Shown here piece after piece: positions 10,413 through 20,403 of a stretch of 62,963 bases of DNA. The position numbers were made by a program, and so were the translations under genes. The DNA comes from Ruminococcus sp. (GTDB taxonomy: Bacteria; Bacillota; Clostridia; Oscillospirales; Ruminococcaceae), in contig JAFTWL010000155.1 in NCBI GenBank assembly GCA_017465305.1, positions 1 to 62,963 on the forward strand, written 5' to 3'. Below the pieces are notes generated by a model. That model had not been told where the DNA came from, did not search any database, and was given only the letters and a program-made list of their open reading frames with translations. Numbering within the stretch: the stretch's first letter is position 1; the number at the start of each line of letters is the position of its first letter.

Positions 10413-12335
10413 TTAAATAGACTCTTCTAATAGAATCATTTCTTCGAGTGCAGAGTCCATTTCAGTTCTGAGAAAATCCATACGATTACATTTTTTCTGC
10501 ATAAGTTCAAAATTAGTATAAACTGATTCTTCTGCAATTTCCTGATTTAAATTATCTAATTCAGATTGCATATCTTCTATTTTTTTCTCTAATGCACGCA
10601 TAGTGGCACGTTGTTTAGCCGCTTGAGCACGTTGTTGTTTAGAACGATATGCTTGTTTTTCTGTTTTTTCTGAATTATTTTTAGAATTATTATTTTTTGT
10701 ATTTTCTTCGGAATCAATATTTTGTTGTTTCTGTGCATCAAGCCATGCAGAAAAACCGCCTTTATATGTGCTTATACCATCAGCTTTTAACTCTAAAATA
10801 TTATCAGCTACTTTATCAAGTAAATATCTGTCATGAGATACAAAAATAAGTGTACCTGTATAATCTTTTAAAGCTGATTCTATTACTTCTTTCATAGAAA
10901 TATCGAGGTGGTTAGTAGGTTCATCAAGAATAATTACATTAGCATGTTCTAGCATCATAACAGCAAAGCAGACTTTTGCACGTTCGCCGCCGCTTAATAC
11001 TCCTATTGGTTTGTAAACATCTTCACCTGTAATACGTACACGACCTAATAGACTTCGTACTTCTAAATCTGTCCATGTTGGAACACGGTCATGTAATTCC
11101 TGCATGATAGTTTTTTGCGGATGCAAGTTAGCACTTTCCTGGTCGAAGTAAGCGATTTTAATTTGACTGCTCCAGCGGATTTTTCCTTCAGTCGGAAGTA
11201 TTCTCTGTATAATTTTCAATAGTGTTGATTTACCAGCACCATTTTCTCCGATTATACCCCATTTTTCGCCACGTCTTACGGTGAAAGAAACAGAAGGTAT
11301 TAAAGTTTTGCGTTGTTTTCCGCTTCCAACAGAGATATCAGCATTTTCTACTTGCAGAACCTGTTGAGGTGGTTCTATTTCATAAGTAAATTCTACTCTC
11401 GCCTGTTTGTGATATAAAATAGGTTTTTCAATGCGTTCAATTTTTTCGAGTTGCTTTACACGGCTCTGAGCACTTTTTGCTGTAGATGCTCTTGTGAGGT
11501 TTCTTGCAACATAGTCTTCAAGCTTTGCAATTTCTTTTTGCTGTAATTCATATTCTTTCATCTGACGTATTACAGCTGCTTCTTTAAGTGCAGTAAAAGC
11601 AGTGTAATTTCCTTTATAGCGTGTTAATTTGCAACGTTCAATTTCACATATTGATGTACAAAGGCGGTCAAGAAAATATCTGTCATGTGATACAAGTAAT
11701 AAAGCACCCTTATAATTTTGAAGATATGATTCAAGCCACATTACAGTTTTAAAATCAAGATGGTTAGTAGGTTCATCGAGTATTAAAAGATTAGGTTCTT
11801 CAAGCAGTAATTTGGCTATAGCAAGGCGTGTTTTCTCTCCACCGCTGAAGCCTGATATAAGACGCTCATATGTATCACTGCTGAAGCCCATACCATTAAG
11901 TACAGTTTTTATTTTAACTTCTATCTGGTATCCGTCATTAGCTTCAAACCATGTAGAAAGGCGATGATATTCGTCAGAAGCTTTTTCATCGCCGTTTTGC
12001 ATTTTTATTTCAAGGCTACGCATTCTGTCCTGTGCTTCTAAAAGAGACTTAAAAGCACCTTGCATTTCGTTCCAGACAGTATTATTAGTATCTAATCCAC
12101 TCATCTGTTCAAGATATCCGACAGTAGTTTTACTTGAACGTATAATCTGACCATCATTTTCTATCATATGGTCAGGTAAAATTTGATTTGTAATAAGTTT
12201 TAGAAGAGTAGATTTACCACAGCCATTTACACCGATAAGACCTATTCTGTCGTTGTCTTCGATTGTCATATCAATATGCTGTAAGATAGGATTTCCATTA
12301 TATATTTTGTTTACATCATTTAAACGAATCAGCAT
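10413..12335 (-). CDS. ABC-F family ATPase
   Basis: Two ABC domains (GVNGCGKS, FSGGE, LDEPTNHLD; GENGAGKS, LSGGE), no TM segments; start at ATG 12335 after GAAAGGAG. Confidence 0.93.
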   Translation of the reverse strand: MLIRLNDVNKIYNGNPILQHIDMTIEDNDRIGLIGVNGCGKSTLLKLITNQILPDHMIENDGQIIRSSKTTVGYLEQMSGLDTNNTVWNEMQGAFKSLLEAQDRMRSLEIKMQNGDEKASDEYHRLSTWFEANDGYQIEVKIKTVLNGMGFSSDTYERLISGFSGGEKTRLAIAKLLLEEPNLLILDEPTNHLDFKTVMWLESYLQNYKGALLLVSHDRYFLDRLCTSICEIERCKLTRYKGNYTAFTALKEAAVIRQMKEYELQQKEIAKLEDYVARNLTRASTAKSAQSRVKQLEKIERIEKPILYHKQARVEFTYEIEPPQQVLQVENADISVGSGKQRKTLIPSVSFTVRRGEKWGIIGENGAGKSTLLKIIQRILPTEGKIRWSSQIKIAYFDQESANLHPQKTIMQELHDRVPTWTDLEVRSLLGRVRITGEDVYKPIGVLSGGERAKVCFAVMMLEHANVIILDEPTNHLDISMKEVIESALKDYTGTLIFVSHDRYLLDKVADNILELKADGISTYKGGFSAWLDAQKQQNIDSEENTKNNNSKNNSEKTEKQAYRSKQQRAQAAKQRATMRALEKKIEDMQSELDNLNQEIAEESVYTNFELMQKKCNRMDFLRTEMDSALEEMILLEESI

Positions 12336-12348
12336 AAACGCTCCTTTC

Positions 12349-12721
12349 TGCACGGAGTCCGTGCTGACAAATTCCCCCTGAGGTTTACTCTACAATTATT
12401 TATTTTTCAATACTGCCCCCTCAAGGGGGCGATTTTACTTTTATTTTAACTATCTTTGTTTTAAATTTATTTTCTGTTCCGCCACCCCCGTGAGGGGGAA
12501 AGTTTTTAAAAGAATAATAGTAACAAAACGGCTGGGGTGGATTGTCTGCACGGACCCCGTACCTCAAGGGGGCAATTTTACTTTTATTTTAAATATTGTG
12601 TTTTAAATTTATTTTCTGTTCCATCACCCCCGTGAGGGGGAAAGTTTTTTAAAATTAATAGTAACAAAACGACTGGGGGCGGACAGCGGTCAAGCTGGCT
12701 CAGCTTGATTGCGACTCGCCG
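12349..12721. repeat. intergenic modular palindromic repeat: two tandem ~140-bp units with hairpin caps
   Basis: Unit ctcaagggggc...ccccgtgagggggaaag...gtaacaaaacg.ctgggg.gg occurs twice (about 12420-12540 and 12563-12682); caps gcacggagtccgtgc and tcaagctggctcagcttga; homologous copies at about 20404 and 35865. Confidence 0.88.
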
Positions 12722-13780
12722 TTACCATATGGAGAGAAGATGTTGAGCGAGCAGGCTGACACCTGTAATTGCTACCCAACAGCAAAAGCCTTGTAAAATA
12801 GGCTTTCCACCTGTTTTTATGAGCTTAACAATATTAGTATTAAGCCCTATAGCGGCCATAGCCATAACAATAAAGAATTTACTCAATGTTTTAAGCCACT
12901 GAAAAAGTGTACTTGCTCCATCTAATACAGCACCACTGCAAAATGTATTTACAAGCGTTGTAATAACAGAAGCTAATACAAAATATAAAATAAACATAGG
13001 AAAGATTTTGCGGAAATTTATTTTTGTTCCGCCTGTGCGTTGTGCTTTCTTTTCTTTGTTTATACGTATAAATGCAAGCACTAAAGTTATTGGAATAATT
13101 GCTAATGTTCTTGTAAGCTTAACAATGGTTGCAGTTTCTAAAACGCTTCCTCCTGTAGAATGAATTGTATCCCATGTAGAAGCGGCAGCAGTTACAGAAG
13201 AAGTATCATTGACAGCAGTACCAGCAAAAAGTCCGAAACCTTCATTAGACAGTCCAATCATACCTCCGAAAGTAGGGAATATAAGAGCAGCCAATACATT
13301 AAATAAGAAAATTACAGAGATAGATTGTGCAATTTCTTCATCATCAGCATCAATAACTGGTGCAGTAGCTGCAATTGCAGACCCTCCACAGATTGAAGAA
13401 CCTACACCAACAAGTGTAGCAATTTTTGATGGAATTTTTAAGAGTTTACATAATATAAAAGATAAAATCAAAGCTGTGGCAATTGTAGAAATAATAATAG
13501 GAAGTGATGTTGAACCGACTTTTGCAATGGTTGCTAAATTCAAACCAAATCCTAATAGTACAACAGCACATTGTAAAATTGCTTTTGATGTAAATGCAAT
13601 ACCGCTTTTTAAATTTGATTTATCTTTTAGTATTAAAGTAATAAGCATACCTGCTATTATAGCAATTACAGGAGCACCAACAACTTCTAATACTGGTATA
13701 AAAGAAACTAAAAGCCATGAAGGTAAGGATATTAGCAAGCAAAGTGCAATACCTTTCCAGTTTTTTGAAACCCATGTCAT
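12722..13780 (-). CDS. YeiH/putative sulfate exporter (PSE) family membrane protein
   Basis: [41 protein letters not shown] motifs. Confidence 0.92.
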   Translation of the reverse strand: MTWVSKNWKGIALCLLISLPSWLLVSFIPVLEVVGAPVIAIIAGMLITLILKDKSNLKSGIAFTSKAILQCAVVLLGFGLNLATIAKVGSTSLPIIISTIATALILSFILCKLLKIPSKIATLVGVGSSICGGSAIAATAPVIDADDEEIAQSISVIFLFNVLAALIFPTFGGMIGLSNEGFGLFAGTAVNDTSSVTAAASTWDTIHSTGGSVLETATIVKLTRTLAIIPITLVLAFIRINKEKKAQRTGGTKINFRKIFPMFILYFVLASVITTLVNTFCSGAVLDGASTLFQWLKTLSKFFIVMAMAAIGLNTNIVKLIKTGGKPILQGFCCWVAITGVSLLAQHLLSIW

Positions 13781-13783
13781 AAT

Positions 13784-14068
13784 TTAAGCTTCCTTTCTGA
13801 AATCCATGTGTATAATTTTATCACTTTGTTCTGTCTTTTTTGCACAATTTAATTTTTCAAGATTATTGACTAAATAATCTGTACTGCGATAAACTTCACG
13901 ATTTATAGGTGGGTCAAATATGACATCTACCTGATTGTTTTCATTTACATTAAAAATCAATTTTAAATCAGGAGATATGCGATTTCCCCAGCGTTTTTTT
14001 ACTATAAGAATATAATTTGCAATTTCTTCTTCACTTAAATCGCCATTTCTTACTTCCCATTTGAGCAT
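13784..14068 (-). CDS. small hypothetical protein with a degenerate NrdD C-terminal-like motif
   Basis: RBS GAAAGGA; YRSTDYLVNNLEKLNCAKKTEQSDKIIH resembles RRITGYLV....FN.AK..E..DRV.H. Confidence 0.55.
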   Translation of the reverse strand: MLKWEVRNGDLSEEEIANYILIVKKRWGNRISPDLKLIFNVNENNQVDVIFDPPINREVYRSTDYLVNNLEKLNCAKKTEQSDKIIHMDFRKEA

Positions 14069-14114
14069 AATAAACAATCCTTTCTATACATTTATTAAAT
14101 ATCAATGTAAATTT

Positions 14115-16595
14115 TTAAGACCTTGTAAAACACAATGATTTTATAGGAATACCAAGTTTTCTGTTATCTTCTTGCTGAAAATCTGAAGCATTCCATAAAT
14201 CACATGAAAAAGTCACTGTGTTTTGTTTATCTGTCAATACCTTTTCAGGAACTTCTATTGAAAATGATTTCCCGTTATTTTCTTTTGTAATTTCTTCTTT
14301 ACCTATTGATTTACCGTTTATAGATATATCAACAATTATTTTTTCTTTCTTTATGGCATCCAAAGGTATAGAACAACCAAGTTCTACAGTTAGTGTATAA
14401 TCATCAGGCTTTAATGAACATTTTACTTGTGCATTTTCTTTTGTTGACCAACAAAAATCGTTTTCTAATGTTCCAAAGCCAATATAATTTGTGCCTGTAT
14501 ATTCAGAAGCAGGATAATTGTTTTCAAATGTCAGAAACCTATACAAGCATATAGGTTCATCATATTTTAAAAAGTCAGTAGGCAATACAAATAAGTTACC
14601 TGAGTTTGTTAAGTCGTCCTCACTATGGTGAACTGTATTATAATACTTGCAAGAATAATTATCAGTTTCCGTTATTTTTGTAACATCGTTTGTCAGATAA
14701 TATACATGAGAATAATTTTTGCTGTAATTCTCCATCTGATTTTGAATGTCTCCTATTATCGGATAGCTGTCAGCACCTGTAATATTTCTTATAGGTAGAT
14801 AGAAAGCAGGAGCAAGATTATTATCAATTATAAGACAGTCATCAGCTGTAATAATAGAAGTTATATCCTCAAGAATCTGCCATTGTGAACGAGTATCATC
14901 TTTTTCTGATGCAATAAAATGTGTATATGGTGATAATGATAATATGCCTACTGCTGTAATTAAAACAGATGATATGGCTGTACGTTTTTTCCATGTATTA
15001 AGCATGACAGCTCCAAATATAACAGCAACAGGGATAAACGGAGCCATATAACGACTGTAGTAATAATAATACTGAATGCTAGGACGAAGCAGCGCAGAAT
15101 ATATTAGAATGCAGTAAACAAACATTGCAAATGATACTAAGATTTCAGGACTTTGCAATATTTTTTTTGTCTTGAACAGTGCTGTAAGCATGGCTACAGG
15201 AATTAAAAGCAAGCCTGTCTGTACTACAAATCCATATACTGTGACATATCTGAGTTCCTGCAAGTTTTCAACGTTTAGTATAGCTTTTATAATGCAATAT
15301 GCAGTTGGAAGTACAAGTAATAAAATAATAAATATTTGAGCTAAACGACAGTTTTTTGCTTTCTCGCAGAAATTTTCTGAGGAAAAGCCTATAGATTTTC
15401 TTTTAAGAAGCCATACATATCCTATTGTAAACAATAAAAGAACTGCACATACAATTGAAACTACAACAGGTAAATTAAATACATTTATTCCAAATACAAA
15501 AATGTTGCGATAATTATTCATTGTATAAAATGGTTGCATATGTCTCATAGAGAAGAAGCTTACTGCATAAATTACTACAGAGGAAATTAGCAATATGCCA
15601 TATGCTTTTTCTCTTTTGAAGAGATATAATCCTGCATAAATTATTAAAAATACAGGTAGTATAGTATAGAAAGAAACATGATAGAATCCAAATATGATTA
15701 TAGGGAGAATAGACAGCCATTTGCTTTTTTCATATTTTTTATCCGTCAGAAAGAATATAAATAAAGTTAGAATAACAGCAAGGAACATCTCTGTCAAAGA
15801 TGATTTAGCAACCCATATAACTACAGGGGCACAGGCACTTAATGCACAGGCAAGTACTCTTATGCTTGCTTTACAGTTCATGTTTCTACAAGTTTCATGC
15901 ACAATGAATATCATTCCAATCCAGAATACAGTCTGAAGATTTATCATATTTGAAATTCCAAATAGTTTAGCAAATAATGCAAGCATTGCCGGATAAGTAG
16001 GGATTCCATGATAAATGCCGGAAACAGGGCTTATATTTCTATCATAAACTGTATCAGGGTAATCATTTGGTGAAATATCATATCCTACAAGATTTGAATG
16101 AACAAATTCAGTAAAAGTCGCCTGTGCCTCAGAATTAGTTAGTAGATGATATTCTGCAAAATCATGTTGTCGCTGTGATAGTCCATTTAAAATATTTATT
16201 GCAACGACCTGATAAACTCCCTGGTCTTGTCCCATTCCAAATAACTCGTTTTTATTCATAATTAAAGGTAAACATATAATTGATATTATAATGGGTATAC
16301 AAACAGGTTTAATGCTTAAATCAGGTGTTAAGTGAATAGTTCCTTTTTTCCGATGCTCAAAAAAAGCAGTCAAAGCTACTCCTATACTGCATAGTATGCC
16401 AGTAACAGCAACAGCTCTGTTTAATGTAAATATATCTGAAATAAATAAAAATACACTTCCTAAGACATAAATGCAGAAGTAAAGACAAACACCAATCACA
16501 GAAGAAAAGACTATATTTTGTTTTGGAAAAAGTAAAACTGTTTCAAATATTGAAAGAAGTATTCCAGCAACAAAGCATATAACAAATATCGTCAT
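14115..16595 (-). CDS. large polytopic membrane protein, probable GT-C fold glycosyltransferase
   Basis: More than 12 TM segments, GQDQGVY acidic motif in the first large loop, LTE motif, soluble C-terminal domain; translationally coupled to the GT4 genes. Confidence 0.65.
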   Translation of the reverse strand: MTIFVICFVAGILLSIFETVLLFPKQNIVFSSVIGVCLYFCIYVLGSVFLFISDIFTLNRAVAVTGILCSIGVALTAFFEHRKKGTIHLTPDLSIKPVCIPIIISIICLPLIMNKNELFGMGQDQGVYQVVAINILNGLSQRQHDFAEYHLLTNSEAQATFTEFVHSNLVGYDISPNDYPDTVYDRNISPVSGIYHGIPTYPAMLALFAKLFGISNMINLQTVFWIGMIFIVHETCRNMNCKASIRVLACALSACAPVVIWVAKSSLTEMFLAVILTLFIFFLTDKKYEKSKWLSILPIIIFGFYHVSFYTILPVFLIIYAGLYLFKREKAYGILLISSVVIYAVSFFSMRHMQPFYTMNNYRNIFVFGINVFNLPVVVSIVCAVLLLFTIGYVWLLKRKSIGFSSENFCEKAKNCRLAQIFIILLLVLPTAYCIIKAILNVENLQELRYVTVYGFVVQTGLLLIPVAMLTALFKTKKILQSPEILVSFAMFVYCILIYSALLRPSIQYYYYYSRYMAPFIPVAVIFGAVMLNTWKKRTAISSVLITAVGILSLSPYTHFIASEKDDTRSQWQILEDITSIITADDCLIIDNNLAPAFYLPIRNITGADSYPIIGDIQNQMENYSKNYSHVYYLTNDVTKITETDNYSCKYYNTVHHSEDDLTNSGNLFVLPTDFLKYDEPICLYRFLTFENNYPASEYTGTNYIGFGTLENDFCWSTKENAQVKCSLKPDDYTLTVELGCSIPLDAIKKEKIIVDISINGKSIGKEEITKENNGKSFSIEVPEKVLTDKQNTVTFSCDLWNASDFQQEDNRKLGIPIKSLCFTRS

Positions 16596-17782
16596 TACTT
16601 TGTACCTATTACTTGCTCAATTACAACATTGAATTTTTCAAGAATAATATCCCAGTCGTAATTGTCAAGTATATAATCAATTGCATTTTCTCTCATCTGT
16701 TCATATGCTTCATGTTGCGTCATCATAAAGTTTATGGTTCCCTCAAATTCAAAATAGTTGCGATAATATAAACCGCCATTACTTCTGACACAGTGACCTC
16801 GTAATACGTCACATGCACCATTTACAATAACAGGAACGCCAACAGCCATTGACTCTAAAACAGAAATAGAAAGGCTTTCAAAATATGATGGAAGAACTAA
16901 AGCTCTTGCACCAGCAAGGCCGTTAAATTTATCCTCTTCAGATACAAATCCAAGTGATATAATATCAGGGTGGTCAGGTATTCTGCAAACAGCTTTTCCC
17001 ATAAGAACTAATTTAAGTGGACTTGGATTTCTTTCTTTATATTCAATAAAGTAACGGAATAGTGTAGGACAGTCTTTTCCTTCATCGATTCGACCTACAT
17101 AGATTAAATACGGTTCACGTATATCATATTTATATCTAAAAGCAGAAGTAGAAATGCGTTTTGGCACATCAATACCTGTTCCCATTACTTCGCAAGGGAT
17201 TCCATCTGTTGCAAATAAACGTCTTACAAGCATACGTTCTTCATCAGTCAGAAAAACAAAAGCTTTAGGAAGAGTGAAAAGATATTCGTAAATTTGAAAA
17301 TGTATATAAGGTTCTTCATGAGCAGTTGGAATCAGAATAGCTTTGTCAGCAACTTCCGGAAGTCCTAAAACTGTCAGATAATATAGATATGTCACAAATA
17401 TAAAAACATCATATTCATCTTTGTGTTTTCTTATATATTCAATACATTTCGGAGAATAAGGACCTTGTTTTTCAAACCAGAGTTTTTCTACACTAAGATT
17501 TCTGTTTCCCTTTTCGCATTCAGCTAAATAATCTTCGTTATATTTGTTGAAATCATCAGCTCTTTGTTTTTCGACAGGAAAGCGTCTTACTGTTACACCA
17601 TGAATATTTTCGACATCTCTTGCATACCAATTTTTCCATGTCGTATAATCAACAGCTTTTGTTGTCAATACATCGACTTCATAACGTGTTGCAAGTCGTT
17701 CAGCAATCATTCTTGTATAATATTCTGAACCGCCATTTACTTCTAATCCATATCGCTGATTTACTAATGCAATTCTTTTCAT
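16595..17782 (-). CDS. glycosyltransferase family 4
   Basis: GGSE N-terminal motif, YVGRID..K, ESLSISVLES (EX7E) motif. Confidence 0.92.
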   Translation of the reverse strand: MKRIALVNQRYGLEVNGGSEYYTRMIAERLATRYEVDVLTTKAVDYTTWKNWYARDVENIHGVTVRRFPVEKQRADDFNKYNEDYLAECEKGNRNLSVEKLWFEKQGPYSPKCIEYIRKHKDEYDVFIFVTYLYYLTVLGLPEVADKAILIPTAHEEPYIHFQIYEYLFTLPKAFVFLTDEERMLVRRLFATDGIPCEVMGTGIDVPKRISTSAFRYKYDIREPYLIYVGRIDEGKDCPTLFRYFIEYKERNPSPLKLVLMGKAVCRIPDHPDIISLGFVSEEDKFNGLAGARALVLPSYFESLSISVLESMAVGVPVIVNGACDVLRGHCVRSNGGLYYRNYFEFEGTINFMMTQHEAYEQMRENAIDYILDNYDWDIILEKFNVVIEQVIGTK

Positions 17783-17786
17783 TTTC

Positions 17787-18974
17787 TCACCCCTCAATTA
17801 GTTCTTTGAAAAAAGCTTTATATCTTCTTACAACGACATCCCAGTCAAAATTTCTTAATACAAATTGTCTGCCATTCTGACCCATTAAATCAGCCTTTTC
17901 AGGGTAGCCCTGCATCCAGTTCAGACAACCTTCAAATTCAAAATAATCTTTGAAATAAAGTCCGCCTTCTGAACGTTTAGTAAAGTCTTTAGTTACTGCA
18001 CAATCATTATGAACTAATACAGGTCTTCCGCATAGCCAGCTTTCCATAATTACAAGTGAAAAGCTTTCATTTTTAGATGGCTGACAGAGTAGAAGTGCAG
18101 CACTTTGAGCATCATATTTATCCTGAGTATCAACGAAGCCCAAATCAAAAACCTTATCCTTAATATCAGATGGAATATCAATATCACCACCACCAATTAA
18201 AACAAGTTGTAATTCTGAACGGACACGTTTATGATATTCAGAAAAATATTTGATAAGAGTATCAACATTTTTTCCGGAATCTTTTCTGCCTGCATAGAGA
18301 ACAAAAGGTTTATTTATGCCATATTTCTCACGGAAGGCATCAGGATTTCCGCTTATTTCAGTATCCATTCCAATGCCTACACAAAGCTGTGCAACATTTT
18401 GCAGGTCATATAATTTATTTGCAAGTTGCATTTCAGGCACTGAATTAAAAATCATACCTCTTATATTTACATATGTCTGACGGAACATCCTCATATATGC
18501 GTATGCCTCATCGTGGAAGCATGGAATCATTACAGCCTTTTCAGGGCATGATAAAACGCCATGAAATGTTGTACCAAACATATATGGGATGAATACAAAC
18601 AAATCATAATTTGATTCATGTGATTCTATATATTCATATAGAAGGGGACTGTTAATCATTTCTTGTAAGAACTGTTGTTCTTCTTTGACGCTTATTTGTT
18701 TTCCACGCATAAGTTTTGAATTTATTCTATCAAATGTACGTGTATCTCTTTGACGTACAGGAAAACGGCGGATTGGTATATTGTAAACAAAAGCTGTACC
18801 TGATGAATAATAATTTTCGTTCCAGTCGGAATTAAATGAACGAACGCATGTTGTTAAAATTTCTATATCCATACCAGCATGTTGAAGGTGACCTGCTACT
18901 TCACGGAGTTCCATCTCAGCACCGCCAGGTATTCCTTCTCCATACCATGGAATAACAAAAGCTATTTTATACAT
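17787..18974 (-). CDS. glycosyltransferase family 4
   Basis: PWYG..GGAE, YAGRKD.GK, ESFSLVIMES (EX7E). Confidence 0.92.
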   Translation of the reverse strand: MYKIAFVIPWYGEGIPGGAEMELREVAGHLQHAGMDIEILTTCVRSFNSDWNENYYSSGTAFVYNIPIRRFPVRQRDTRTFDRINSKLMRGKQISVKEEQQFLQEMINSPLLYEYIESHESNYDLFVFIPYMFGTTFHGVLSCPEKAVMIPCFHDEAYAYMRMFRQTYVNIRGMIFNSVPEMQLANKLYDLQNVAQLCVGIGMDTEISGNPDAFREKYGINKPFVLYAGRKDSGKNVDTLIKYFSEYHKRVRSELQLVLIGGGDIDIPSDIKDKVFDLGFVDTQDKYDAQSAALLLCQPSKNESFSLVIMESWLCGRPVLVHNDCAVTKDFTKRSEGGLYFKDYFEFEGCLNWMQGYPEKADLMGQNGRQFVLRNFDWDVVVRRYKAFFKELIEG

Positions 18975-18983
18975 AATAAAAAC

Positions 18984-19144
18984 CCGTTACTGAAAACTTA
19001 TAAAAAGTTATAAGTCGACTTTTATGTTTCATTCCTTGTTCAATGTGTCCGCTTTTGATAAAATCTACTCACGTTTGGTATAACACTCCGAAGGCGTAAA
19101 TTCCCGACTAACGTATCGGTAAATATCAACAGCAATTATTTCAG
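18984..19144 (-). ncRNA. predicted TnpB omegaRNA (right-end RNA) scaffold
   Basis: ~160 nt between tnpB stop and element end with hairpins ccga-tacgttag-tcgg and acttataa-cttt-ttataagt, ending CAGTAACGG; exact 5' boundary uncertain. Confidence 0.7.
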
Positions 19145-20308
19145 CTATGCTGTTAATCCGTATCGCATCAAATTCACACTTGCCTGAAAATCCCTGTCAA
19201 TCGTATTATGACATTCAGGACAGACATAGACACGTTCTGAAAGTTTCAAATCTTTCTTAACATATCCGCAGCAGGAACATAGCTTACTTGACGGATAGTA
19301 TCTGCCAGCTGTGATAAATTTAATATGATTCCAGTGACATTTGTATTCCATCTGTCTGTAAAATTCATAGAAACATTGTTCCTGTACTGCCCTGGCAAGG
19401 TGTTTATTCTTCATCATACCCTTTACATTCAAATCTTCCAGAACGATAAACTTTGGCTTTCGGCTTATAATTTCGGAAGTGGTCTGATGCAGGTAGTTAT
19501 GACAAATATTTGTTAATTGGTGTGTTACTCTTAAAAGTTCTTTTTCACTTTTTACAATATTGCGTGTTTTACAGTAACATACTCCTTTCTTGTTTTTTGA
19601 ATATTTCTTAGATATTCTGCGTTGCAATCTACGCTTTTTCTTCTTTAGTTTTCTGACTTTTGCAGTCTTGTTGATATTTTTATAAACTTTTTTATCAGAG
19701 CATACAGCAAGGTCTTTTATACCTATGTCAATGCCAATACCCTGATTCGTTGACTTTTCCTGTGATTCTTCACATTGAATTCCTACAGAAATCCACCAGT
19801 TCAAGCCGTCAAAAGTAATTCTCGGGTTGGAATACTTTGCATTTACAGGAATTTTTCCTTGTTCAGCAAGTTTGACAAGATTGAACTTCTGCTTGTTCTT
19901 CTTTTTGCTTGTTGTCAGCTTTTCCAGCTTTACATGTGTTCCTGTAAAACTGATTTTTACAGGATCAGCATAGAAGCTTGGTTTTGACTTTCTTCTGCTT
20001 TTGAATTTTGGATAGTCTGCAAGACCTCTAAAAAAATTCAGATATGCTTTACAGGCATCTTTTACAGCCTGTTTTGCAATGTTATTACTGTAATCATTAA
20101 GCCATCTGAACTTCGGATTAGTCTGTTTCAGAGTTGTCAGAATACGTCTTAATTCCACATCACTCACAAACGAATACCCGAAATCATAATTTGTCTGCTG
20201 ATACCATAACGTCCAGTTATAGATAAATCTTGCTGTACCTGCACAGGAAAACAGTTTTGTTTTCTGCTTATTGTTCGGGCAGAGCATTACTTTTATGGTT
20301 TTAATCAT
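19145..20308 (-). CDS. tnpB: RNA-guided endonuclease TnpB
   Basis: N-terminal HTH (PNNKQK..L...AG.ARF.YNW), RuvC-I GIDIG, RuvC-II VLEDL, Zn ribbon CSCCG...CPEC, RuvC-III DRDFQAS.N; catalytic D/E/D intact. Confidence 0.95.
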   Translation of the reverse strand: MIKTIKVMLCPNNKQKTKLFSCAGTARFIYNWTLWYQQTNYDFGYSFVSDVELRRILTTLKQTNPKFRWLNDYSNNIAKQAVKDACKAYLNFFRGLADYPKFKSRRKSKPSFYADPVKISFTGTHVKLEKLTTSKKKNKQKFNLVKLAEQGKIPVNAKYSNPRITFDGLNWWISVGIQCEESQEKSTNQGIGIDIGIKDLAVCSDKKVYKNINKTAKVRKLKKKKRRLQRRISKKYSKNKKGVCYCKTRNIVKSEKELLRVTHQLTNICHNYLHQTTSEIISRKPKFIVLEDLNVKGMMKNKHLARAVQEQCFYEFYRQMEYKCHWNHIKFITAGRYYPSSKLCSCCGYVKKDLKLSERVYVCPECHNTIDRDFQASVNLMRYGLTA

Positions 20309-20336
20309 TTTCTGTAAGCTCCTTTATCATCTTTTC
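20301..20336 (-). pseudogene. tnpA: last ~11 codons of IS607 serine-recombinase tnpA
   Basis: Reads EKMIKELTEND* with the stop overlapping the tnpB start (ATGATTAA), resembling the KKMIKEL..D C-terminus of clostridial IS607 TnpA. Confidence 0.6.
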
Positions 20337-20403
20337 TCTTATAAAAGCTAACAGCTTATTTATAATTTTTTATAATTTGTTTTCAACTGTTAACAACCTC
20401 CAT

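Larger units (their letters stand above)
18983..20398 (-). mobile_element. non-autonomous IS607-family element (tnpB only, tnpA deleted)
   Basis: GG dinucleotide at both junctions, TTATAA subterminal repeats 10 bp apart at both ends, tnpA C-terminal remnant, intact tnpB, structured right end. Confidence 0.8.

Noticed and set aside
12349-12721. CRISPR array
   Set aside because: Units are ~140 bp, degenerate and lack unique spacers; no cas genes in the window.
13209-13787. 192-aa + strand ORF (and similar antisense ORFs such as 397-984, 55503-56258, 49227-49490)
   Set aside because: Antisense shadows of well-supported genes, with no RBS or recognisable motifs.
19145-20308. Nuclease-dead TnpB (TldR-like regulator) or Cas12f with a CRISPR array
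   Set aside because: All three RuvC acidic residues are present and there is no repeat-spacer array nearby.
18983-20398. IStron (group I intron fused to IS607)
   Set aside because: Only ~90 AT-rich bp lie between the left junction and tnpB, too short for a group I catalytic core, and the insertion is in an RBS rather than an ORF.
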